DNA of 64,000 bases from the human T2T-CHM13v2.0 reference genome, Homo sapiens, in NCBI RefSeq assembly GCF_009914755.1, contig NC_060932.1; one strand, written 5' to 3'. The notes below the pieces were generated by a model. That model was not told the DNA's origin. It was given only the letters and a program-made list of their open reading frames with translations, and did no database searches. The translations under genes and the position numbers were made by a program. This document shows positions 40,193 to 52,100 of the stretch, in pieces. Numbering within the stretch: the stretch's first letter is position 1; every line of letters begins with the position of its first letter.

Positions 40193-43100
40193 AAGATTTC
40201 CGCGAGGGACCCAGACACTCTGATTTAAAGCTTGGGGATTTAAAGCCCGCTGGGGACACACCTGTGGGCTTCTGGGATGGGAGAGGCTCCCAGCATTCCC
40301 TGTGGTCTCGCCGCTTCTCCCGTCTGCCTGTCTGAACATATTCCTGAGTTTCTGCGGCCCGACCATTCCACCTTGCAGTTACGTTTTCCTTTGTGGGGGC
40401 CTTCTGCGAGAGTCACAGTCACCCTGCTCAAAAGCAAGGAGCTTTACAGCCCTCTTGGGACAGCCCTGGGGGCTTCTGGCATGAGAGAGTCATCCTTGGG
40501 AGGCTCGGAGCATGCCGTGTGGTCTTGCCACTTCTCCACTCTGACTGCCTCAACTTCCCTCTGAGTCCCTGCGCCCTTCCCACGCAACCCACCAGCACCG
40601 TTTTCTCTCTTGGGTAACTTCCACGAGAGACACAGCACCCTGCCTTAAAGCCTGGAGCTTTAGAGCCTGGCCAGAACACCCTTGGGGGCTTCTGGGACAG
40701 GAGAGCCATCCTTGGGAGGCTCCCAGCATTCTCTGCGGTCTTGCCACTTCTCCCCTTTGCCTCCCTCAACATGCCCCTGAGTAGCTGTGGCACGCCCACA
40801 GCAACCTGCGGCCCCATTTTCGCATGTGGGGGCCTTCCACAAGAATCACAGGCTCCCTGCTCCAAATCCTGTGGCTTCACAGCCCACCCAGGACAGCCCT
40901 GGGGGCTTCTGGAATGCAAGAGGCCTCCTTGGGAGGCTCCCAATATTCTTCGTGGTATCACGCTTTTCTTCTCTGCCTGCCTCTACGTCCTCCTAAGTAC
41001 CTGAGGCCAGCCCATGGCACCTTCTGATGCCATTTTCAAGAGTGGGGGCCTTCCGCGAGAGATACAGTCACCCTGGGGCATTACAGTCCACCTGGGACAG
41101 CCCTGGGGGCTTCTGGTATGGAAGAAGCCTATTTGGGAGGCTCCCAGCATTCTCTTCGGTCTCGCTGCTCTTCCTCTATGCCTGTCTCAACGTCCCACTG
41201 AGTCCTGCAGCCCACCCACACCACCCTGTGGCCACATTTTCTCCTGGAAGGAGGCCTTCCGGGAGAGACACAGGCACCCTGCTCCAAAGACTGGTGTTTT
41301 ACAGCCCACTCGGGATAGTCCTGGGGGCTTCTGAGATGGGAGAGGCTTCCTTGGTATGCTCTTAGCGTTCCCTTCGTTCTCGCCGCTTCTCCTCTCTGCC
41401 TGCCTCAACTTCTTCTGAGTCCCTGCCACCTGCCCACGCCATTCTGTGTCCCTGTTTTCACATGTGGGGGCCTTCTGTGGGAGACACAGACACCCTGCTC
41501 CAAAGCCTGGGGCTAGGCAGCCCACCCGGAACAGCCCTTGCGGCTTCTGAGATGGGAGAGGCCTCCTTGGGAGGCTCCCAGCATTCCCTGCAGTCTCGCT
41601 GCTTCCCTCCTCTGCCTGTCTCAAGGTCCTCCTGAGTACTTGTTGCCCAGCCAAGCCACCCTGCGGCCTTGTTTTTGCTTGTGGGGGCCTTCCACGAGAG
41701 ACACAGACACTCTGCTTCAAAGCCTGGGGCTTTACAGCCTGCCCTGGAGAGCCCTGGGGGTTTCTGGGATGGAAGAAGCATCCTTGGGAGACTCCCAGCA
41801 TTTCCTACAGTATCACCTCTTCTCCCCTCGGCCTACCTCAACATCCCCCTGAGTGCCTGCGGCTTTCCCACACACTCTGCAGCTTCTTTTCATTTGTTTT
41901 GGCCTTCCATGAGAGACACAGTCACCTTGATCCAAAACCTGGAACTTTACATCTTGCCTGGGCCATCCCTGGGAGATTCTGGGATGGGGGAGGCTTCCTT
42001 GGGATGCTCTTAGCACTCCCTTTGATCTCGTCACTTCTCCCCTCTGCCTGCCTCAACTTCCTTATGAGTCCCCGAGGTCCACAAATGCCACACTGCTGCC
42101 CCATTTTTACTTGTGGGGACCTTCCGTGAGAGACACAGGCACCCTGCTTCAAAGCCTGGGGGTGAACAGTTTTCCCGAAACAGCCCTGGGAGCTTCTGGC
42201 CTGAAAGAGACCTTTTTGGGAGGCTCCCAGCATTCTCTTCAACCATCTGCCTGTCTCAATGTCCCCCTGAGTCCCTGCTGCTTGCCCATGCCACGCTGCT
42301 GCCCATTGTCACTTGCAGGGGCCTTCCACGAGAGACAGACGCACTCTGCTCTAAAGGCTGGGGCTTTACAGCCCTCTTGGGACACCCCTGGGGGCATCTG
42401 GTGTGAGAGAGTCCACCTTGGGAGGTTTGCAGCATTCCCTGCCATCTCACCACTTCTCCACTCTGCCTGCCTCAACGTCCCCCTGAGTCCCTGCGGCCCA
42501 CCCATGCCAACCTGCTGTCCTGTTTTCTCATTTGAGAAACTTCTGCGAGAGACGCAGCACCTTGCTTTAAAGCCTGAAGCTTTAGAGCCTGTCCAGAACA
42601 CTCCTGGGGGCTTCTGGGATGGGAGAGGCGTCCTTGGGAGGCTCCCAGCATTCCCTGTGGTCTTGCTGCTTCTCCTCTCTGCCTGCCTCAATGTCACGCT
42701 GAGTTGCTGTGGCACGCCCACGCCAACATGCAGCCCCGTTTTCGCATGTAGGGGTCTTCCGCGAGAGACACAGTCACCCTGCTCCAAAGCCTAGGGCTTT
42801 CCAGCCCACCAGGGACAGCCCTGGGAGCTTCTGAAATGGAAAAGGCCTCTTTTGGAGGCTCCCACCATTTTCTGAGGTCTCACTTCTTCTCCAATGTGCC
42901 TGCCTCAATGTCCTTCTGAGTCCCTGAGGCCCGCCCACGCCACTCTGCGGCCCCATTTTCTCTTGTGGGGTTCTTCCGTGTGAGACACAACCACCTTGCT
43001 CCAAATCCTGGAGCTTTACCGCCCTCCTGGAACAGCACTCGGGCTTCTGGGATGAAAGAGGCCTCCCTGGGAGGCTCCCAGCTTTCCCTGTGGTCTTGAC

Positions 43101-46100
43101 ACTTCTCTCCACCTGTCTCAACATCCCCCTGAGTCCTTGAGGTCCGCCAACGCCACACTGCGGCCCCATTTTCGCATGTGGGTCCTGTCGCGAGAGACAC
43201 AGGAATCCTGCTATAAAGCCTGGGGGTGAACAGCTTTCTTGAGACAGCCCTGGGAGCTTCTGGCATGAAAGAGACCTCCTTGGGAGGCTCCCAGCATTTC
43301 CTGCCGTCTTGCCGCTTCAACCTCTGCATTTCTCAATATCCCCCTGAGTCCCTGTGGTCTTCCCACACCAGCCTGCTGCCCCGATTTTGCTTGTGGGGGC
43401 CTTCCGCGAGACACACAGGCTTCCTGCTCCAAAGGCTGGGGCTTTACAGCCCACTCAGTGCAGCCCTGGGGGCTTCTGGGATGAAAGTGGCCTCCTTGGG
43501 AGGCTTCCAGCATTCCCTGAAGTCTTGACTCTTCTCGCTGCCTGTATCAACGTCCCTCTGCATCCCTTTGGCCCACCCGTGCCACCTTACGGCCACGTTT
43601 TCACTTGTGGGGGCCTTCCGAGAGAGACACAGGCACCCTGCTACCAAAGCCTGGGGCTTTACATCCTGCTTGCTGTATTCCCTGCAGCCTCATTGCTTCT
43701 CCACTCTGACTGCCTCAAAGTCCCACTGAGTCCCTGGGGCCCACCCACGCCACCCATTCGCCCTGCTTTCCTGAGTGAGGGCCTTCCACAAGACACACAG
43801 GCACCCTGCTCCAATATCTGGGGCTTTACAGCCAACTCAGGACAGCCCTGGGGGCTTCTGGATGGCAGAGGCCACCTTGGGAGGCTGCCAGCATTCCCTG
43901 CGATCTCGCCGCTTCTCCCCTGTGCCTGCCTTAACGACCCCGAGGTCCTGCGGCCCCCTCACGCCACCCTGCAGCCCCGTTTGCGATTATGGGGGCCTTC
44001 CGCGAGAGACACAGGCACCCTGCTCCGAAGCCTGGGGCTTTACAGCCCGCCTGGGACAAAGGTGGGGGCTTCTAGGACGGGAGAGGCTGGCTAGGGAGGC
44101 TCCCAGCATTCCATGCAGTCTGGCCGCTTCTCCTATCTGCCTGCCTCAACGTCCTCCTGCGTTTCTCCTGCCCACGCACGCCACCCTGCGGCCCTGTTTT
44201 CGCTTGTGGGGGCCTTTTGTGAGAGACACAGGCACTCTGCTCCAAAACCTGGGGTTTTTCAGCCCACTCGGGATAGCCCTGGGGGCTTCCAGTATGGGAG
44301 AGGCCTCCTTGGGAGGCTCCCAGCATTTTGTGTTGTCTCGCCATTCTTCTCTACCTGCCTCAACGTCCCTCTGAGTCCGTGCAGCCCGCCCACGCCACCC
44401 CACGTCCTCAATTTTGCTTCTGTAAGCCTTTTGGGAGAGACACAGTCATCTTGCTCCAAAGCCTGGTGTTTCATAGCCCGCCTGCGATAGTCCTGGTGGC
44501 TTCTAGATGGGAGAGGCTTCCTCAGGATGCACCCAGCATTCCCTTCGTTCTCACTGCTTCTCACCTCTGCCTGCCTCAACGTCCCCCTGTCACTGCAGCT
44601 CTCTCATTCCATCGTGCGGTCCTGTTTTTGCTTGTGGGGGCCTTCCAAGGGAGACACAGGCACCCTGCTCCAGAGGCTGGGGCTTTACAGCCTGCCCATA
44701 ACAGCCCTGGTCACTTCAGGGGTTGGAGAAGCCTCTTTGGAGGCTCCCAGCATTCCCTATAGTCCTGCCACTTCTACATGCTGACTGTCTCAAGGTACGC
44801 CTGAGTCCCTGTTACCTGACCACGCTACCCTGCGGCTCTGCTTTCACTTGCGAAGGCCTTCCGCCTGAGACACAGGCACCCTGCTCTAAAGAGTGGGGCT
44901 TTAAACCCGCCCGGGACAGCCCTGGGTGCTTCTGGGATTGGAGTGGCCTCCTTGGAAGGCTTCCAGCATTCCCTGCAGTCTCCCCGCTTCTACCCTCTGC
45001 CTGTCTAAACTTCCTCTAAGTCCCTGCCATCCGCCCACGCCAGACTGTGTCCCAGTTTTCACTTGAGCTGGCCTTCCGTGAGAGACACAGTCACGCTCCT
45101 CCAAAGCCTGAGGCATTACAGTGTGCCCACGACAGCCCTGGTGGCTTCTGAGATAGGAGAGGCGTCCTTGGGAGGCTTTGAGCATTTCCTGGGGCTTCCA
45201 TGCATCTCACTTCTGCCAGCCTCAACGTTTCCCCGAGTCCCTGCAGCCCGCCCACACCACGCTGCGGCCCGTTTTCCCTTGTGGGGGCCTTCCGCGAGAG
45301 GCATAGACAACCTACTCCAATGCTTGGGGCTTTACAGCACACCCGGGACAGCCCAGGGGCATCTGGGATGAAAGAGGCCTCCTTGGGTGGCTCCCAGCAT
45401 TTCCTGTTGTCTTGCCGTTTCTCTCCACTGCCTGCCTCATAGTCCAGCTGAGTCCCTGCCACACGCCCACGCCATCCTGTGGCCCCGTTTTTGCATGTAG
45501 GGGCCTTCTGTGAGAGACACAGTCACCCTGCTCCAAAGCCTGGGGCTTTGCAGCACGACCAACAGCCCTGGGGGCGTATGAAATGAGAGATGCCTCCTTG
45601 GGAGGCTCCCAGCATTCCCTGCGATCTCGCCGCTTCTCTACTCTGCCTCCCTCATCGTCTCCCTGAGACCCTGAGGCTTCCCAGGCCACCCTGTGGCCCC
45701 GTTTTCGCTTGTGAAGGCCTTCCGCGAGAGACACAGGCACCCTGCTCCAAAACCTGGGGCATTACAGCTCACCTGGGATAGCCCTGGGAAATTCTGGGAT
45801 AGGCGAGGCCTCCATTGGGAGGCTCCCAGCATTCCCTGCTGTCTTGCCGCTTCTTCCCTCTGCCTACCTCAGCTTCCCCCTGAGTCCCTGAGGCCCGCCA
45901 ATGCCACCCTGCTGCCCCATTTTTCGCTCGTGGGGACCTTCCACGAGAGGCACAGGCACCCTGTTATAAAGCCTGGGGGTGAGCAGCTTTCCCGAAACAG
46001 CCCTGGGAGCTTCTGCCATGAAAGGGACCTCTTTTGGAGGCTCCTAGCATTCCCTGCCATCTAGCTGCTTCCACCCTCTGCCTGTCTCAACGCCACGCTG

Positions 46101-49100
46101 AGTCCCTGCAGCCCGCCCACGCCACCCTGTGTCCCTCTTTTCGCTTCAGGGGGCTTTCCACGAGAAACACAGGCACCCTGCTTCAAGGCTTGGGGCTTCA
46201 CATCCCCCCAGGACAGCCGTTGGGGCTTCTGGCATGGGATAGGCCTTTTTGAGAGGCTCCTAGCATTCCCTGTGTCTTGCTGCTTCAACCCTCTTCCTGC
46301 CTCAATGTTTCCCTGAGTTCCAGCCACCTGCCTACGTTACCCTGGGGGCCATTTTCTCTTGTGGGGGCATTCCGTGAGAGACACAGGAACCCTGCTTCAA
46401 AGCTTGAACTTTACCTCCCACTTGGGACAGTCCTGATGGCTTCTGGGATGGGAGAGGCCTCTTTGGAAAGCCCCCAGCATTCCCTGCTGTCTCGCTACTT
46501 CTCCCCTCTGCCTGCCTCAACGTCCCACTGAGTACCTGTGGCTCTCCCATGTCACCCTGCAGCCCCGTTTTTGCTTGTGGGGTCCTTTTGCGAGAGACAC
46601 AGGCACTGTGCTCCAGATCCTGGGGACTTACAGCCTATTCGGGAAAGCAGTGGGGCCTTCTGGAATGGGAGAAGCCTCTTTGGAGGCTCGCAGCATTCCC
46701 TTCACTCCAGTCGCTTCTCCCCTCTGCCAGCATCAACACATCCCTAAGTACCTGCCGCCCACCAATGCCAACCTGAGGTCCCATTTTCGCTTCTGGGGCC
46801 CTTTCACGAAAAACACAGGCATGATGCTCCAAAGCCTGAATCTTTCAACTGTGCCCAGGTGAGCCCTGGAGGCTTCTGGGATGGGAGAGGCCTCCTTGGG
46901 AGGCACCCAGCATTCCCTACGGCCTTGCTTCTTTTCACTTCTGCCTGCCTCAACGTCTCTCTGAGTCCCAGCAGCCAACCCAGGCCACCCTCCGGCCCCG
47001 TTTTCACTTGTGGGGGCTTTCTGCAAGAGACACAGGCACCCTGATCCAAAGCCGAGTGCTTTACTGCCCTCCCAGGACAGACCTGGTGGCTTCTGGGATG
47101 GGAGAGGCCTTTTTGGGAGGCTCCTAGCATTCCCTGCGGTCTGTCCGATTCTCCCCTCTGCCTGTCTAAACATCACCCTGCATCCCTGGCACCCCCTCAC
47201 ACCACTCCATGGTTATGTTTTTGCATCTAGGGGCCTTCCACGAAAGAAAATGGCACCCTGCTCCAAAGCCTGGGGCTTTACAGCCTGCCCAGGATAGCCT
47301 AGGAAACTTCTGGGAAAACAGAGGCCTTTCTGGGAGGCTCTCAGCATTCCCTGAGGTCTTGAGGCTTCTCCCCTTTTCCTGCTGCAACATCCCCCGAGTC
47401 TTTTTGGCCCACCCACTCCACGCTGCATCTCCATTTTCACTTGTGGGTGCCTTCTGCGAGAGACACAGGCACTGTGCTCAAAAGTCTGGGGCTTTACGGG
47501 CTGTCTGAGATAGCACTGAGAGATTTGGGGATGGGAGAGGCCTCTTTCGGAGCCTCCCAGGATTCTCTCTGGACTCATTGCTTCCCCTCTCTGCTTCAAC
47601 ATTGCCCTGAGTCCCTGCGGCCTGCTCACACCACCCTGCTGCTTCATTTTCTCTTATGGGGGCCTTCCACAAGAGACACAGGCACCCTGAACCAGACTGG
47701 TGCTTTACAGAATGCCTAGGACAGCAGTGAGGGCTTCTGGAATGAGAGAGGCCTTTGTAGGAGGCTCCCAGCATTCCATGCAGTCTCTCTGTTTTTCCCC
47801 TCTGCCTGCCTCAACATCCCCCTGAGTACCTGCGGCCCCTCCTGGCCACACTGCAGCCCCATTTTTGCTTGTGGGGGCCTTCCGTGAGAGACACAGATAC
47901 CCTGCTCCAAAGCCTGGGGCTTTACAGCCCTCCTGGGACAGGCTTAAGGGCTTTTGGGATAGGAAAAATATCCTTGGGAGGCTCCCAGCATTAACTGTGG
48001 TCTCGCCACTTCTCACCTCTGCCTGCCTCATCATCCCCGAGTCCCTGCGGCATGCCCACGCCACACTGCTGCTCCATTTTCTCTTGTGGTGGCCTTTCGC
48101 GGGAGACACAGGCACCCTGTTCCAAACCCTGGGGCATTACAGCCTTACCAGTACAGTCCCCTGAGTCCCTGTGGCACGCTGATGCCACCCTGAGGCCCTG
48201 TTTTCACCTGTAGGGGCCTTCCGCTAGAGGCACCCTACTAAAAAGCCTGTGGCTTGACAGCACCCCCGGGACACAGCTGGGGGCTTCTGGTATGGGAGAG
48301 GCCTCCTTGGGAGGCTCCCAGCATTCCCTGCAGTCTAGCGGCTTCTTCCCTCTGCCTGCCTCAACGTGTCCCTGAGTCCCTGCCACCCGACCATGCCACC
48401 CTGTGGCCTTGTTTTCACTTGTGGGCACCTTCCACAAGAGATACAAGTACCCTGCTCCAAAGCCTGGGGCTTTACAGACCGCCTGGGGCATCCCTGAGGT
48501 TTCTGGGATGAAAGAGGCCTTTTAGGGAGGCTCACAGCATTTTCTGGGGTCTTGCCGATTCTCCCCTCTGCCTGCCTCAATGTCCCCCTGAGTGTCTGCC
48601 ATCTGCTCACTCCACCATGCGGCCCCGTTTTTGCTTGTGGGGGCCTTCCTCGAGAGACACAGGCACCCTACTCCAAAGCCTGGGGCTTTGCAGCTTTTCT
48701 GGGACAGCCCTAGAAGATTCTGGGATGGGAGAGACCTCATTAGGAGGGTTTCAGCATTTCCTGCAGTCTTGCTGTGTCCCCCTCTGCTAGCTTCAACGTC
48801 TTCTTAAGTCTCTGCGACCTGCCCACGCCACTCTGTGGCCTCGTTTTCACTTTTGATGGCCTTGTGCGAGAGACACAGCCACGCTGCTCCAAAACCTGGG
48901 GCTTTACAACTTGCTTGGGAAGGCACTGGGTGCTTCTGGGATGGAAGAGACCTCCTTGGGAGGCTCCCACCGTTTCCTGCTGTCTCGCTGCTTCTTGCGT
49001 CAGCCTGCCTCCATATCCACCTGAGTCCCTGGGACCTGCCCGGACCACGCCTCAGCCCCCTTTCTGCTTGCAGGGGCACAGGCAACGTGCTCTAAAGCCT

Positions 49101-52100
49101 GGGGCTTTATAGCCCACCCGGGACAGCCCTGGAGGATTCTGGGATGGGAGATGCCTCTTTGGGAGGCCCCCAGCATTAACTGCGTCTCGTCACTCCTCCC
49201 CTGTGCCTGCCTCAACGTTCCCCTCAGTACCTGTTGTGTACCCATGCCACCCTGTGGCCCCGTTTTCCCTTATGGGTGCCATCCGTCAGAGACAAACACA
49301 CTGCTTCAAAGCCTTGGGCTTTACTCCCACCCGAGGCAGTTCTGGGGCCTTCTGGATGGAAGAGGAATTTTTGGGATGCTCCCAGCATGCCCTTCCATCT
49401 TGACGCTTCTCCACTCTGCTTGCCTCAACATCCCTTTTAGCCCCTGTCGCCTGCCCACGACAACCTGTGGCCTTGTTTTCACTTGGGGATCCATCCGCGA
49501 CGGACACAGGCACCATGCTCCAGAACCTGGGGCTTTAGAGCCCGCCTGGGATGGCCCAGGGGACATCTGGGATGGGAGACGCCTTCTTGGAAGGCTCCGA
49601 ACTTTCTCCGTGGTCTCGCCACTTCTCCACTCTGCCTGCCTCAATGTCCACGTGAATTGTTGCGCCCCACCCCCATTACCCTGTGGCCCCATTTTCGCTT
49701 GTGGGGGCGTACCGTGAGAGACACAGGCAACCTTCTCCAAAGCCTGGGGCTTTACAGCCTGCCAGGGCAGCCCCTTTGGCTTCTGGGATGGGAGGGTCCT
49801 CCTTATCATTCCCTGCGGTCTCACCACTTGTCCACTCTGCCTGCCCAACGTGTTGAGTGGCTGCGGCCTGCCCACGCCACCCTGTGGCCCCGTTTTCCCT
49901 TGTGGGAGCCTTCCGCGAGAGACAGAGTCACCCTGCTCTAAACCCTGTGGCTTTAGAGCCTGCCTGGGACAGACCTGGGGGCTTCTGGGATGGGAAAGGC
50001 CTCCTTGGGAGGCTCCAATTTTCTGCAGTCTTGCCAGGTCTCCCCTCTGCCTGCCTTAATGTGCCCCTGAGTCCCTGAGATCCGCCCAAGACACCCTACG
50101 GCCCCATTTTCCTTTGTGGGGGCCTTCCGCGAGAGACACAGGCACCCTTCCCTGAAGCCTGGGGCTTTAGAGTCCTCCTGTTACAACCTTGGTGGCTTCT
50201 GGGATGGGAGAGGCCTCCTTAGGAGGCTCCCAATATTCCCTGTGGGCACGTCTCCCCAATTCTCCCCTTTCCCTGCCTCGACGCCCCAGTGAGTCCCTGC
50301 CGCCACCCCACACAATTCTGTGGCTTCAATTACCCTGTGGGGGCCTTCCAAGATAGAAACAGGCACCCTGCTCCAAAGTCTGGGGCTTTACAGCCCGCCC
50401 GTGAAAGCCATGGGGTTTTAGAGATAAAGGAGGCCTTTTTGGGAGACACGCAGCATTCCCTGCAGTCTCGCGGCTTCTCCCCACTGCCTGCCTCAACGTC
50501 CCCCTGAGTCCCTGTGGCCATCCCGCTCCACCCTGCTACCCCATTTTCGCTTGCGGGGGCCTTCCGCGAGAGACACAGCCACCCTGCTGCAAAGCCTGGG
50601 GCTTTACAGCCCTCCTGGGACAGCCCTGAGGGCTTCTGGAATAGGAAAGGCCTCCTTGGGAGGCTCCTAGCATTCCCTTCAGTCTTGCGCTTCTCCAATC
50701 TGCATGCCTCAATGTCCCCATAAGTCCCTGCACCCCTTCCACGCCAACCTGCAGCAATATTTTTGCCTGTGGGGGTTTTCTGGGAGAGACAAAGGCACCC
50801 TTCTCCAAAGCCTGTGGCTTTACAACTCACCCCAGACAGCCCTGGGGGCTTCTGAGATGGGAAAGGCCTTATTGGGAGGCTCGAAGCATTCCCTACACTC
50901 TCACCGCTTCTCCCCTCTGCTTCCCTCAACATAACCCTGACTCCATGAGGCCCATCCACACCACCCTTGCCACCCTGTTTTCACTTGTCGGGCCTTCCGC
51001 GAGTGACACAAGCACCCTGCTCCAAAGCCTATGGCTTTACAGCCCACCCGGGACAGCCCTGAGAGATTGTGGTATGGGAGTGGGCTCCTTAGGAGGCTCC
51101 CAGCATTCCCTGCAATCTTTCCACTTCTCCCCTCTGCCTGCCTCAATGTCCCCCCGAGTTTCTGCCGCCCATCCACACCACCATGCGGCTGCGTTTTTGT
51201 CTGTAGGGGCCTTCCGGGAGACACACAGGCAAACTGTTCAAAAACCTGGGGCTTTACAGCCCTCCCGGAACAGCCCTGGGCGCTTCTGGGAAGGAAGCGG
51301 CCTCCTAAAGAGGCTTCCAGCATTCCCTGCTGTCTTGCCACTTCTCCTCTCTGCCTACCTCAATGTCCCCCTGAGTCCCCACACCCCTCACAAGCCATGC
51401 TGCAGCCCTGTTTTTTTGCTTCTGGGGGCATTTTGCGAGAGACATAGGCACTCTGCTCCAATGTGTGGGGCATTACAGCCGGCCTGGTATATCCCTGGGG
51501 GATTTTGGGTTAAGAGGGGCATCATTGGGATGTTCCCAGCATTTCTTCCTGTTGTGCCGCTTCTCCTCTGCCTGCCTCAACGTCCCCCTGAGCCTCTGCG
51601 GCCTGCCCACGCCACCCTGCGACCTTGCTTTCACTTCTGGGGGAATTCCACGAGAGACCCCGGCACACTGCTCCAAAGCCTGGGGCTTTACAGCCTGCCT
51701 GAGACAGCCCTGGAGTCTTCTGGGAGGGGAGAAGTCTTTTGGGGAGTCTCCCAGCATTCCCTGCAGTCTCACTGCTTCTCCCTTCTGCCTGCCTCAATGT
51801 CCTCCAGTGTCCCTGTGGCCCACCCATGCCACCCTGCCATCCCGTTTTTGCTTCTCGGGGCCTTCTGCGAGAGACACAGGCACCATGCTCCAAAGCCTGC
51901 GGCTTTACAGCCTGCTCAGGACAGCCCTGGGGGCTTCTTGGTTGGAAGGGGCCTCCTGGGAAGGCAATCAGCATTCCCTGTGATCTCGCTGCTTCTCCCC
52001 TTTGTCTGCCTCAACATCCCCCTGAGTCCCTGCGGCTCACCCACACCACCCAGCCACTCCGCTTTTGCTTGTGGGGCCATCCATGAGAAACGCAGGCCTT

